Assembly: GCA_965368975.1 (NCBI GenBank)
Contig: CBDUPA010000004.1
Coordinates: 64,001 to 128,000, forward strand
Direction of reading: 5' to 3'
Origin: an uncultured bacterium
GTDB taxonomy: Bacteria; Acidobacteriota; Thermoanaerobaculia; Multivoradales; JAHZIX01
DNA length: 64,000 nucleotides
Part shown: in pieces, positions 40,487-50,050 of the stretch
Layout: each line of letters opens with the position of its first letter
Position numbering within the stretch: the first letter of the stretch is position 1
Position numbers and translations under genes: made by a program
The notes under the pieces: generated by a model
Told to the model about the DNA's origin: nothing
Databases searched by the model: none
What the model saw: the letters and a program-made list of their open reading frames with translations, nothing else

Positions 40487-41487
40487 GGCAGCCCCCGAGC
40501 GTGCCCGAAGGCGCGAGGTTGTGTGACCCGCTCGAGCAGCGGCGTGGCCGCGTTCATCAGCAGGATGGCGTACATCACGCCTTCCGGCAGGCCACCCCAG
40601 ATGCGGATCAGCACCACCAGCAGGCCGATGCCGAGGCCGAAGAACCAGGCACCGCGCGGGGCGAGCGGCGAGGTCACCGGGTCGGTGGCCATGAAGACGG
40701 CGCCGAACAGCAGGCCGCCGGAGGCGAGCATGAACCAGGGCGACGGGTAGCGCTCAGCGTCGAGGGCGAAGAACAGGCCGGAGAGGGCGGCGACGGCGAG
40801 CAGAATGGCGGTCGGAATGCGCCAGTCGAAGGCGCGCCGCAGCAGCAGCCAGAGGCCACCCAGCAGGATGGCGGCGGCGCTGGTCTCGCCCAGGCTGCCG
40901 GCGACGTGCCCCCAGACCAGGTCGGGCAGCGGCGTCGCTTCCTGCGTGAACTTCATCAGGTTCAGCGGCGTCGCGCCGCTCAGGCCGTCTGGCGGCGGTG
41001 GTGGGCTGAGGAAGGGCCAGGCGAAGGTGCTGGGCAGCAGGGTCGTGGGGCCGGAGGGTCGCACCCAGGTGGTCAGCGCGGTCGGGAAGGCGGCCTGCAA
41101 GAAGGCTCGGCCCACCAAGGCCGGGTTGAAGAGGTTCTGGCCCAGGCCGCCCCACATCAGCTTGCCCATGCCCATACCCACCGCGCCACCCAGGAAGGCC
41201 ATCCACAGCGGCAGCGAAGGGGGCAGGGTGAGGCCCAGGAGGGCTCCGGTCAGCAAGCCGCTGCCATCGGTGGTGGCACCCGACGTGCCCCACAGGCGTT
41301 CGCAACCGACGCTACCGGCGGTGGCCGCCAGCACGACCAGCAGGGCACTGAGACCGAAATTCCACACCGCCACTGCTAGTACTGGCAGCAGGGCCAGCTG
41401 CACGTCGGTCATCAGGGCGGGGGTGGTGACCCCTTGGCGCAGGAAGGGCGCCGCCTGGACGATGAGGTGAGGCTGGCGTCGACTCAT
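40483..41487 (-). CDS. rnfD: Rnf subunit D
   Basis: GGLGQNLFNPALVGRAFL, DGLSGATPL, GSLGETS, FMATDPVTSP, EGVMYAILLMN; true start ATG 41487. Confidence 0.93.
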   Translation of the reverse strand: MSRRQPHLIVQAAPFLRQGVTTPALMTDVQLALLPVLAVAVWNFGLSALLVVLAATAGSVGCERLWGTSGATTDGSGLLTGALLGLTLPPSLPLWMAFLGGAVGMGMGKLMWGGLGQNLFNPALVGRAFLQAAFPTALTTWVRPSGPTTLLPSTFAWPFLSPPPPPDGLSGATPLNLMKFTQEATPLPDLVWGHVAGSLGETSAAAILLGGLWLLLRRAFDWRIPTAILLAVAALSGLFFALDAERYPSPWFMLASGGLLFGAVFMATDPVTSPLAPRGAWFFGLGIGLLVVLIRIWGGLPEGVMYAILLMNAATPLLERVTQPRAFGHARGLP

Positions 41488-42875
41488 GCCTTGGTCTCCG
41501 ATGCCTTCGTCTCCGGGCGTGGCGCGGGCTTTGGAGCCTGACGCGCGCGCAGCTGACCTTTGGCCACCCGGATCAGCTGCACGATCGGGATGTTCGATGG
41601 ACAGGCGAAGCTGCAGGAGCCGCACTCGACGCAGTCCAGGGTGTGCAGGTCGGCGAGCTCGTCGAGCCGGCCGACGCGCGCCAGGCGTGCCAGGCGCGAC
41701 GGATTCAGATACTGCGGGCAGGCCTCGACGCAGCGGCCGCAGCGAATGCAGGCATACTCCTTGGCCAGGCGGGCGGTCTCTTCGGTGAACGCCAGGATAC
41801 CAGAGGTGCCCTTGAGCACCGGTACATCCAGGCTGGCCAGCGGCATGCCCATCATCGGCCCGCCCATGACCACCTCGCGCACCTGCGACTCTAGCCCGCC
41901 GCAGTGGTCGAGCAGCGCACGCACCGGCGTGCCCACCGGCACCAGCAGGTTGGCGGGACGGCGCACGCCCGGGCCGGCGACGGTGACGACACGCTCGATC
42001 AGCGGCACGCCATGATCGAACCAGCTGGCCAGAGCAGCCATGGTGGCGACGTTGTTGACCAGCATCTCGACGTCCAGCGGCAACTTGCCCGCCGGCACCT
42101 CGACGCCGAAGATGGCCTCGATCAGCATCTTCTCGGCGCCCTGCGGGTACTTGACCTCCAGCGGTACCACGCGCACCGGCACCCCGCCGAGGTGGTTGTC
42201 GGCGGCGGCCAGCTCGCCGCGCAGCGTGTCGAGGGCGTCCGGCTTGTTGAGCTCGACGCCGATCACCGCTTCCTCGACGCCCAGCCGCTGTGCCAGGATC
42301 TCGATGCCGCGCAGGATCTGCCGTGGCTGCTCCACCATCAGCCGGTGGTCGGCGGTCAGGTAGGGTTCGCACTCGCAGCCGTTGATCACTAGGTGACGCA
42401 AGCGCTTGCCCTCGGGTAGGCGGTACTTGACGTGCGACGGAAAGGCGGCGCCGCCCATGCCCACCAGGCCGGCATCCTGGACCTGCTGCACGAACTCGTC
42501 GGCACTCAGTTCCTGCCAGGGGATCGCTGGACCTTCGGGCGGCTGCTGGTCGGCGAAGGGATCGGCGTCGATCACCAGCGCCGGCTTCCACTGGCCAGCG
42601 GGATGATGACGCGGACCCAGTGCACGGACGCGGCCGGTGACCGGGCTGTGCAGGGTGGTGGAGACGAAGCCGTCGGCGGCCGCCACCGGCTGACCGCGCC
42701 GGACCTCCTCGCCCGGCTGCACCAGCGGTCGCGCGGGAGCGCCGGCGTGCTGCGACAAGGGCAGGACGTAGCTGTCCACAAACGGCATGCGCTCGATGCG
42801 CAGGTGTTCGGTGGCGTCCTTGTGTTCCTGTGGATGGATGCCGTGACGGAAGGTGCGCACCGGCACGCTGCTCAT
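41484..42875 (-). CDS. rnfC: Rnf subunit C
   Basis: PLSQHAGAPA, GLVGMGGAAFPSHVK, NGCECEPYLTAD, KYPQGAEK, GGPMMG, CIRCGRCVEACP, CVECGSCSFACP. Confidence 0.95.
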   Translation of the reverse strand: MSSVPVRTFRHGIHPQEHKDATEHLRIERMPFVDSYVLPLSQHAGAPARPLVQPGEEVRRGQPVAAADGFVSTTLHSPVTGRVRALGPRHHPAGQWKPALVIDADPFADQQPPEGPAIPWQELSADEFVQQVQDAGLVGMGGAAFPSHVKYRLPEGKRLRHLVINGCECEPYLTADHRLMVEQPRQILRGIEILAQRLGVEEAVIGVELNKPDALDTLRGELAAADNHLGGVPVRVVPLEVKYPQGAEKMLIEAIFGVEVPAGKLPLDVEMLVNNVATMAALASWFDHGVPLIERVVTVAGPGVRRPANLLVPVGTPVRALLDHCGGLESQVREVVMGGPMMGMPLASLDVPVLKGTSGILAFTEETARLAKEYACIRCGRCVEACPQYLNPSRLARLARVGRLDELADLHTLDCVECGSCSFACPSNIPIVQLIRVAKGQLRARQAPKPAPRPETKASETKA

Positions 42876-45800
42876 GATGCCTCCTCGCCTTCCAGCATCA
42901 GGCTGAGGAAGCGTTGCTTGATGCGCTCGGCGGTGCTGCGCTGCCAGGCTTCGTGTCGCAGGGGGTCATCGGCACCATCTGCAGTGCCGGCATCCTGGGC
43001 CGCACCTTGTACGCTCTCCGCCGGGCCGCTCAGCCGGTGCAGCAGCCGCGACGTCGTCAGCTGTTGCTGCAGCGCCGCGGTCAGCTCCGGGGTCGGCTGC
43101 TGCTCTGCGAAGTAAGCCGCAAAGCGCTGCTGGCGCTGGGCCCAGTGCACGGCGGCTTGCAAGGTCTCGTCAGCCTCCAGATCACCATTCTCCGTGCTCG
43201 CGTGCAGCCGCAGCGTCGAGAACGGGCCTGAGAACACCGGGCCTGGGGACAATGCCGAGCCCGGGCCGGCCTCGCGTTGGAAGAGAGGAAAGACGCGCGA
43301 GGTGACGGCTTCCCGGGCTCGGCAGAGGGTTTCCTCGGGGGCAAAACCGTGCCGCGAGGGGCTCGGCGCATAGAGGCGTAGGACGGCGGTTCCGGGGTGG
43401 CGCAACACCGTCTCGACGCTGGCCACCAGGTGTTGCGGATGGGCGATCGACGTCTGCGCCAGCGCCGTGTGCGCGCGGCCGAGTAGCAGCGGCATGGGGT
43501 CGAGATCGATGGATTGCGGCGGCTGCAAGGTGTCGTGGTCGGTGGCCGGCAGGCCGAGGCGGAGGTCGGCCAGGAGTAGTAGCTTGATCGGGGCGTCGAT
43601 GGACTGCAGCGCCAGCAGAGCCTCGAACTCGCCCGGCCGCAGCGAAGCTTCGGCGGCGAGCACGAAGAGCGGCGGACACAGGTGACGTTCGTCTGAACTC
43701 AGCTGCTGCCAGGGCAGCGAGAGGGGAATCGGGTCGTCCATCTTCACCGTGGACGCATCATCGAGCAGCGTGCGGGCATGGCGCAGCAGGGCCGCGACCT
43801 CACCGGTGCGGGTCATCTGGGCTTCGGCCACGCCGCGTGCCAGTGCCGCTACCTCGCCAGGGCCAGCGAAGCTGACCGCGGAGGCGAAGACGTTGTACGG
43901 GAAGCGGCCGCTCCACTCGGCCAGGCTGCCGGCGGCGACCACCGCACTCCAGGGGACCGGCGCTCGACGCCACCGGTCCGCGAAGTCGGCGAGTTGGCGT
44001 GCCGCGGTGACCAGGCGGCGCAAGTGTGGGATGTCGACCTGCGGCTGCTCCAGCGCTGCCTCGACTTTGGCGCTCAGCTGCGCCAGTTCGGCCTGGGGCG
44101 CGGCCAGGGCGTCGAGCCCGCGGGCCAGGGCGTCGAGGTCGCTGTCTGGCAGGGCACCTTCGAGTGTCCGGTGGATGGCGGCCGCTAGCTCGTCGCGCAA
44201 CTCGTCTAGCTGCTCGTTCCACTGCCTGCGACGCGGCAGCAAGCAGGCGCTGGCGGCACCCAGGACCTGCCGCACGGCGATTGCCTCGCCGCTACCCGCC
44301 TCGGCACCCGTGGCGGCCAGGATCCGGCGGTGGTCGGCGGGCAGCAGGGCGGCGGCCAATGGATCGAGTCGTGGCTCGAGCGCGGGCTGTTCGAGCGTGG
44401 ACTGAGCGAGCGCGTCGGTGTTGAGTGGCGGTAGTGTGTTCAGCAGGTCGACGCGCGTGCGTTCGAGGCTGGCGCGCCCGGCGTCCAGTGGCGCGGCGTT
44501 CAACGCCTCGGGCTTGCAGGCGGCGATGCACAGCCCGCAGGCGGTGCAGGCATCCGGGTCGATAGCGAGGCTGAACAGCTGTGGCTTGGGTATGCCTTCG
44601 AAGAATGGGGCGTCGAAGAAGCGGGCGGTGCGACCGAGCTGGAGCGTGGCGACCTCGTCGCGCAAATGAGGGAAGGCTTCGCGGATCAACTGCTTGCGCT
44701 CGGCGGGCAGCGGGGAAGTCTCGAGCACGCTGCCGAGGGCGGCGTCGAGCAGCGGGCCGGCGGTCGCGCCCGGGTTCGTTTCCGTGCCGGGGTTCTCGCG
44801 CAGCGCCGTTTCCAGGCCGCTGGCGAGGGCGCCGAGCACCATGCGCAGGGGCGTCACCGGTTTGCCGGCTTCGCTGGCCCGGCGCAGTCCCAGCTCGAGC
44901 AGGGCCTTGGCGGAGAAGACGGCCGGGTGGATCGCGGCTTCCGGACAGACGCTCCAGCAGGCACCGCTACCGGTGCAGCGCGACGAGTCGAGAGCCGGCA
45001 GACGGTCGGGGAGCCGGGGTGGTCGCAGGCTGGCGCTCAGCGGTGGTTCGAGTCCCAGGGCCAGGTAGGGGTCGGGAATCAGGTCAGGCGTCGCGATGCG
45101 GCTGCGGAAGTCTGGCAAGGGACTGTCGTCCTGGTCCTGGTGAGGGCTGTGCTGGTGCAGGCGACGCGCGGCGGCTGGCAGTGCCGTGGTGGCCGCGGGT
45201 TCGGTCGTGGTGGCACGCAGGCCGAGCGGGGCGGCGTCGGGGTAGGAACGCAGCAGGGCGTCGATGGTCGCTTGCCGCTTGGGGTGAGCCTGGAGGTCCG
45301 GCGCCAGATCGAGGCCGAGGAAGCGCGGGATCGCCGCGGCAGCTTCCGTCGCCGGCCGTGAGCTACGCTTGCGCTTGCCGTTCGTCGTCGCACGGCTCTG
45401 CAGCAGCCGTCGGACGAGCTGTTCCAGGTCGGCAGCCTGCAGCGCCGTGCCGCCGAGGCCGTAGAGCACGCTGTGCAGGGTGGGGGCGTCGGCGGCGCGG
45501 GAACCCCTCTCATGAACCCCGCCCAGCACCCTACCCACCGCCGCTTGCAGCTGTTGGGTCAGGGGACCCTCGAGGGTCGCGGTCACTGGCGTACGTTCGA
45601 GCACCGCTACGTGAGCAACGCCTGCCTGTGCCGCTGCGGTCAGAGCCTCGACCATCTCCGCGTCCGGGAAGGGGCTGAGCAGGTGCAGGCCGAGTACGCC
45701 GAGCCGGACACGTTCCTTGGCAGGGCGCTCCGCTAGATGATCCGCCAGCGCGCGCGCGCCCGCGATCGCCGTGCCCATCGCCACCACCGCGACCTCGGCG

Positions 45801-46621
45801 TCCTCGAGTCGGTATCGACTCACCGGGCCGTGGTCGCGGCCGGTCCGCTCGGCCAGCCGCTGGCAGGCCCGGTCGAAGGCGGGGCGCAGCCCTGGCCGCA
45901 GGTAGACGGAGCGTGCGGCTACAGCGGCGGCGAAGCTCTCGGCGCTGGCGGGACCGGCGGCGGCGGTCGGCTGCTCGCTGTCGTGCCAGCGCGGTACCCG
46001 CCGTCGATGGCGACCGAAGATCAGTCGCTGGGCCTCGTCCGGCGGATGGATGAGCTCCTCGGGGCGCCCTAGCAGTTCGCGCAGCAGAGCGGCGGCCGGC
46101 AGTTCGACGTCGACCGGCTGGCGGGCGATCTCAGGGTCGAGGGCGATCACCACGGGGGTCAGGGCTTGCTCGGCCAGCTGTCGCCCGAGCACGGCGAAGT
46201 CGATCACTTGCTGGGTGTCGGCCGCGACCAAGGTCACCGCGCCACTGCCGGCCGCGGCATGCCAGGAGTGATGACCGGCGGCGGTGGGCGCAACGTCCGT
46301 GCCACCCGGTTCCAGGCCCAGGTAGGCCAGCAGCGGTAGACTTTGAGACGCTGCGGCGGCCAGCGAGGCTCGATCCGAGCCGTGGGGATCGAGGACGGCG
46401 GTGGCCCGACGGCCGCCCAGGGCGAGACCGACGGCGCGGGCCAGATCTGCCGGGCCATGGCTCGCTTCGGGCGCCACCGCGGCTTCCATCAGGGCCACCG
46501 CGGCAGCGCCGTCCAGCCTGCGCGGTAGTCCTTCGGCGAGCGGGATGTGGTTCGTCGTCGGGTCGAGCCCGAGCAGGCGACGGACCCAGGGGCGGCGCAG
46601 TGCGGCGTTCCAATCAGGCAT
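42872..46621 (-). CDS. Pyruvate:ferredoxin oxidoreductase (NifJ)-fold protein with degenerate catalytic motifs and a ferredoxin domain (1249 aa)
   Basis: PFOR remnants LDGAAAVA, YRLEDAEVAVVAMGT, LLSPFP, VLER, YGLGG, AVTSRVFPLF; Fe-S motifs CTGSGACWSVCP and CTACGLCIAACKP. Confidence 0.8.
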   Translation of the reverse strand: MPDWNAALRRPWVRRLLGLDPTTNHIPLAEGLPRRLDGAAAVALMEAAVAPEASHGPADLARAVGLALGGRRATAVLDPHGSDRASLAAAASQSLPLLAYLGLEPGGTDVAPTAAGHHSWHAAAGSGAVTLVAADTQQVIDFAVLGRQLAEQALTPVVIALDPEIARQPVDVELPAAALLRELLGRPEELIHPPDEAQRLIFGRHRRRVPRWHDSEQPTAAAGPASAESFAAAVAARSVYLRPGLRPAFDRACQRLAERTGRDHGPVSRYRLEDAEVAVVAMGTAIAGARALADHLAERPAKERVRLGVLGLHLLSPFPDAEMVEALTAAAQAGVAHVAVLERTPVTATLEGPLTQQLQAAVGRVLGGVHERGSRAADAPTLHSVLYGLGGTALQAADLEQLVRRLLQSRATTNGKRKRSSRPATEAAAAIPRFLGLDLAPDLQAHPKRQATIDALLRSYPDAAPLGLRATTTEPAATTALPAAARRLHQHSPHQDQDDSPLPDFRSRIATPDLIPDPYLALGLEPPLSASLRPPRLPDRLPALDSSRCTGSGACWSVCPEAAIHPAVFSAKALLELGLRRASEAGKPVTPLRMVLGALASGLETALRENPGTETNPGATAGPLLDAALGSVLETSPLPAERKQLIREAFPHLRDEVATLQLGRTARFFDAPFFEGIPKPQLFSLAIDPDACTACGLCIAACKPEALNAAPLDAGRASLERTRVDLLNTLPPLNTDALAQSTLEQPALEPRLDPLAAALLPADHRRILAATGAEAGSGEAIAVRQVLGAASACLLPRRRQWNEQLDELRDELAAAIHRTLEGALPDSDLDALARGLDALAAPQAELAQLSAKVEAALEQPQVDIPHLRRLVTAARQLADFADRWRRAPVPWSAVVAAGSLAEWSGRFPYNVFASAVSFAGPGEVAALARGVAEAQMTRTGEVAALLRHARTLLDDASTVKMDDPIPLSLPWQQLSSDERHLCPPLFVLAAEASLRPGEFEALLALQSIDAPIKLLLLADLRLGLPATDHDTLQPPQSIDLDPMPLLLGRAHTALAQTSIAHPQHLVASVETVLRHPGTAVLRLYAPSPSRHGFAPEETLCRAREAVTSRVFPLFQREAGPGSALSPGPVFSGPFSTLRLHASTENGDLEADETLQAAVHWAQRQQRFAAYFAEQQPTPELTAALQQQLTTSRLLHRLSGPAESVQGAAQDAGTADGADDPLRHEAWQRSTAERIKQRFLSLMLEGEEAS

Positions 46622-47486
46622 GGGCTCCGACCTCCTCCCGCGGAGCTTGCGGTGGTGGCTCGACCTCCTGCAGTTCCAGGAACTGTGCCCCCTCGACCCA
46701 GCGGATAGCGCCGGTGGGGCAGCGCCAGGTCGCCGCTGGCGTCGCCGGGCCGCCGGCACCGTAGTCCACCACGGGCAAGCCGTCCTGCATGCGGATCAGG
46801 CCAGCCGGTGCGTCCTGGGCGCAGCGGCCGCAGGCGTCGCAGGCCACGGTGCACAGGCGGCGGGCCTGCTCGGCCTCGAGCGGCGCTCGGCACTGCACGA
46901 TCAGGTGGTGCGACAGCGGCAGGATCTCGAACAGGTCGCGTGGGCAGGCGTCGACGCAATCACCGCAGGCGGTGCACTTGTCGACATCGACCTCCGGCAG
47001 CTTCCAGGCGTTCATGTGGATGGCCCCGAAGGTGCAGGCGACGTCGCAGTCCGCGTGCCCCAGGCATCCCCACGAACACTCCAGGCCGCCGCCGCCCACC
47101 AGGTGCGCGGCGCGGCAGGAGTCGAAACCCTGGTAGGCCGCGACTTGCAGGGCACGGCCGACGCCACCGGCGCAGTGCAGGCGGGCGACGCGCTTCTCTT
47201 CGGCGCCGACCTCGATGCCCAGCAGGGCCGCGATGGCGTCCAGCTGTGGCCGGGTCGACACCGTGCACTTCGAGGGAGCCACGTCACCGTGCAGCAGTTT
47301 CTCGGCCAGGCCACGACAGCCGGGTTCGCCGCAGGCGCCGCAATTGGTGCCGGGCAGCATCTCGACCACCGCTTCCAGTCGTGGATCTTCCTCCACCGCC
47401 AGGAAGCGATGCGCCAGCGCCAGGGCGAGCCCGAAGGCCAGGCCGAGGCCCGCCATGATCGCCGCCGCTGTCAGCATTCCCGACAT
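46614..47486 (-). CDS. rnfB: Rnf subunit B
   Basis: N-terminal TM, LPGTNCGACGEPGC, CSWGCLGHADCDVAC, CTACGDCVDACP, CDACGRC; start ATG 47486 after AGGAGG. Confidence 0.92.
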   Translation of the reverse strand: MSGMLTAAAIMAGLGLAFGLALALAHRFLAVEEDPRLEAVVEMLPGTNCGACGEPGCRGLAEKLLHGDVAPSKCTVSTRPQLDAIAALLGIEVGAEEKRVARLHCAGGVGRALQVAAYQGFDSCRAAHLVGGGGLECSWGCLGHADCDVACTFGAIHMNAWKLPEVDVDKCTACGDCVDACPRDLFEILPLSHHLIVQCRAPLEAEQARRLCTVACDACGRCAQDAPAGLIRMQDGLPVVDYGAGGPATPAATWRCPTGAIRWVEGAQFLELQEVEPPPQAPREEVGAHA

Positions 47487-47502
47487 CGTGACCTCCTGGC
47501 CC

Positions 47503-50037
47503 CTACTGGAAAGGCTGCGCGCGGCGCACCCATTCTTCGAGGCCCGGCTCGTCGGGGTCGAGCGGGGTACCCGGGTGGATGATCTTTGCCGTACAGCGTT
47601 CGGCGGCCTTGACCAGCTGCTGGAAGGTGCCGGCGCTGGCGTCCGCAATGTAGGCCTGCTTGTTCTCGTCGTAGGCGAACATCGCGGAGTTGATCTGAAT
47701 GCACTCGTTGCAGCTCGTGCACAGGGGAGAGTCGATGTAGGCCTCGAGTGTGGCGGTGTTGGCCTTGGAGGGGGCGACGGGGGGAGCGCTCGGGTTTGGC
47801 TTGCTCGGGGTTGGCTCCTTCGATTCGCTCGGAGCCGGAGCCGTCTCGGTGGCTTTGGGCTCGGCGAGCGGGACGGCCGCCCGGGATGCCGACGACGCTG
47901 GAAACGACGCAGCCGAGGCGGAGGGGGTGGCTTCGCGCAGCAAGGCGGTGGTGAGACGCTCGGCGAGCTGCTCGGCGGTTTGTCGGCGACCGCGCGCCAG
48001 CTCGTCGGCGTGCTGTGCTTCGAGGCGTGCGCGCTCGTCGCGGCGGGCCAGCTCGACCGCGCGCTCCACGTACTCGCTGCGCGTGCCGGCCATCTCCTGC
48101 AGCGTGCGCCAGTAGTCCAGGCGATCACGGCAGGTGGTGGCCAGGGTGCGGGGAACCAGGGCTCGCCGCAGCGTGCTGTCCGCGTCCACTACCCAGACGA
48201 ACGGCAGACGCCGCAGTGCGTCTTCTTCGTCCAGCGTCAGCCAGGACGCCAGCTCCAGGAGGGCGTCGTCGTGGCAGCCGGCGGGTAGCAGCCGCAGGCG
48301 GCGGGCCACGGCCGGGTCGAGGAGCGCGAAGTCGACGTAGGTGAAGGTCAACCGCAGCTGGTCCTCTTCGCCCTGCGTGTCCACCACCGCCAGGTCGTAC
48401 GCTGGCCAGTCTTGCTCAGCGGCCGGATTGCCTCCGAAGTCCATGCGCTGAGCCCAGCTGGTGCCCGCTTCCGGGTCATAGAGGAAGAGCGGGTGGGCAC
48501 GGCCGTCCAGGGCACCACCGCTGCACAGCCAAGGAGGAAGGTCTGCGGCCGCGACCGGCGACGTGCCGATCACGTGCAGGGCGGTGCGGTGGCGCTCGGC
48601 GGCCCGCAGGAAGCCGTGGATGCTGTGCAGGGGACGCAGGGCCAGGGTTTGATGTACCAGCGCCTCGCGGTGGCTGAGGCCGAAGTAGGCGAGCTCGAGG
48701 CGGAAGCCTTCCCAGGTCTCGGCAGGGAATGGCTCTTGAGAAGAGGGCTCGGGCGCCTGCAGGTGGCTGCGACGACTCGGGTCGACCTCGACCAGGATCT
48801 GGATCGGGCGTCCGGAGAGCAGCAGCTGCGACAGCGACGCCAGAGTGCTGCCGTCGAGCTGCTCGGCGTCGAGACGGACCGCCAGCGCCGGCAGCAGGCG
48901 GGCCTCCTCGTCCGAGAAGGCGCGCCAGTCGAAGTGCCGCAGCCAGGGCGTGTGGATCTCGCTCTCGTAGTCACCGGCCAGTTCCAGGCGAGCGGTGCGA
49001 GCGGCGCGCAGGATGCGCGTCAGTCGGGACGCCTCGCGATCAAAGGCGGCGGCGGCGGCGCCGCATGGGTCGTCGGCCCGTTGCACGGCCCAACCGGCGG
49101 TCTCGGTCAACGGGGGGGGCTGCGCCGAGGCTTGCGCTGACACGAAGAGCCTCGGCGGCGATGGCTCGCTGAACTCGAGCAGCGCGGCGTGAGTGTCCTC
49201 CAGTCGCTGGCGACGGCCGTGATCGTTCGCGCTGTGTCCCTCGTGCTCATGAGCCAGACGCTGGTGCAGAGCGCTGGTGTCCAGGAAGCGCGTTCCGAAG
49301 GCGCCGAGTGCGCCTTCTTCGTCATGCTTGCCGTTGTCGGCGTCGCCGGTCGCACCAGCGTTGCCGTTCGCGCCGGCCTCGCCGCTACGCCGGCGCGCTT
49401 CGGCGAGCAGACCGGCCAGCTTCTCTACCCAGCCGCGCACCTGCAGGCGCAGGCGGGCCCAGGTCGCTACCTGGCGCTGCTGCAGTACGGCCCGCAACAG
49501 GTGCAACGGAACCTCGTCGTCGGCCCCGAGCCAGACACCGTCCTCGGGTACGGCCTCGAGCAAGCGCTGCAGATCAGCCTGTAGCTGCTCGCGGACCGCC
49601 GCCGCAGGATCCAAGTCTTGCACCATGGTGTCCGCCGCGCTCCGCAGTAGCGGCCTGGCGGCGGTGGGTTGTGGCAGTAGCAGGTCAGCCATGTAGCGTT
49701 CCAGGCGTTGCACGTTGTCGCGCAGCGGGCCGGCGCTGATGCCGGCGTGGCGCAGCGCCCGCCCCAGCAGTTCGGCGGGCGACAGGCAGAGGATCGGCTC
49801 GCTGCTCTCTTCACCCGCCGCGGCCAGGAAGAGTGGGAAATCGCTGCGCAGCTGGACACCGTGGCGGAAGGGGCTGAACAGGGCCGGCCAGCAGGCCGTG
49901 GCCGGGTCGCCCGGCTCGGCCAGGGTCGGAGCCTCGTCGGAGAGGCCGAGGTGGAACGCACGCAGCGCGCGCACCTGGGTACGCTCGAGCGTCTCCTGGT
50001 CGGCGGGTAGCGTTGGTTTCAAGTTGGCAGCATCCAT
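47503..50037 (-). CDS. 844-aa protein: PFOR C-terminal-like region, Pro/Ala/Ser linker and C-terminal ferredoxin
   Basis: LLLSGRPIQILV, LAYFGLSHREALVHQT, ALDGRAHPLFLYDP..GNP..DWP, TYVDFAL; C-terminal CTSCNEC...AAERCTAKIIHPG. Confidence 0.75.
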   Translation of the reverse strand: MDAANLKPTLPADQETLERTQVRALRAFHLGLSDEAPTLAEPGDPATACWPALFSPFRHGVQLRSDFPLFLAAAGEESSEPILCLSPAELLGRALRHAGISAGPLRDNVQRLERYMADLLLPQPTAARPLLRSAADTMVQDLDPAAAVREQLQADLQRLLEAVPEDGVWLGADDEVPLHLLRAVLQQRQVATWARLRLQVRGWVEKLAGLLAEARRRSGEAGANGNAGATGDADNGKHDEEGALGAFGTRFLDTSALHQRLAHEHEGHSANDHGRRQRLEDTHAALLEFSEPSPPRLFVSAQASAQPPPLTETAGWAVQRADDPCGAAAAAFDREASRLTRILRAARTARLELAGDYESEIHTPWLRHFDWRAFSDEEARLLPALAVRLDAEQLDGSTLASLSQLLLSGRPIQILVEVDPSRRSHLQAPEPSSQEPFPAETWEGFRLELAYFGLSHREALVHQTLALRPLHSIHGFLRAAERHRTALHVIGTSPVAAADLPPWLCSGGALDGRAHPLFLYDPEAGTSWAQRMDFGGNPAAEQDWPAYDLAVVDTQGEEDQLRLTFTYVDFALLDPAVARRLRLLPAGCHDDALLELASWLTLDEEDALRRLPFVWVVDADSTLRRALVPRTLATTCRDRLDYWRTLQEMAGTRSEYVERAVELARRDERARLEAQHADELARGRRQTAEQLAERLTTALLREATPSASAASFPASSASRAAVPLAEPKATETAPAPSESKEPTPSKPNPSAPPVAPSKANTATLEAYIDSPLCTSCNECIQINSAMFAYDENKQAYIADASAGTFQQLVKAAERCTAKIIHPGTPLDPDEPGLEEWVRRAQPFQ

Positions 50038-50050
50038 CGCGTCTTTCCAC

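Noticed and set aside
42872-46621. Annotation as a functional pyruvate:ferredoxin oxidoreductase (nifJ/por)
   Set aside because: Substrate, TPP and proximal-cluster motifs are not recognisable, so the gene symbol is withheld.
38573-47486. Na+-NQR or nitrogen-fixation-linked Rnf
   Set aside because: RnfB and RnfC Fe-S subunits are present and there is no NqrA or NqrF. No nif genes occur in the window.
39160-48128. Apparent long N-terminal extensions or fusions of RnfE, RnfD and RnfB in the ORF track
   Set aside because: The extensions overlap upstream genes in another frame. Internal ATGs at 39876, 41487 and 47486 give normal sizes with short overlaps or an SD.
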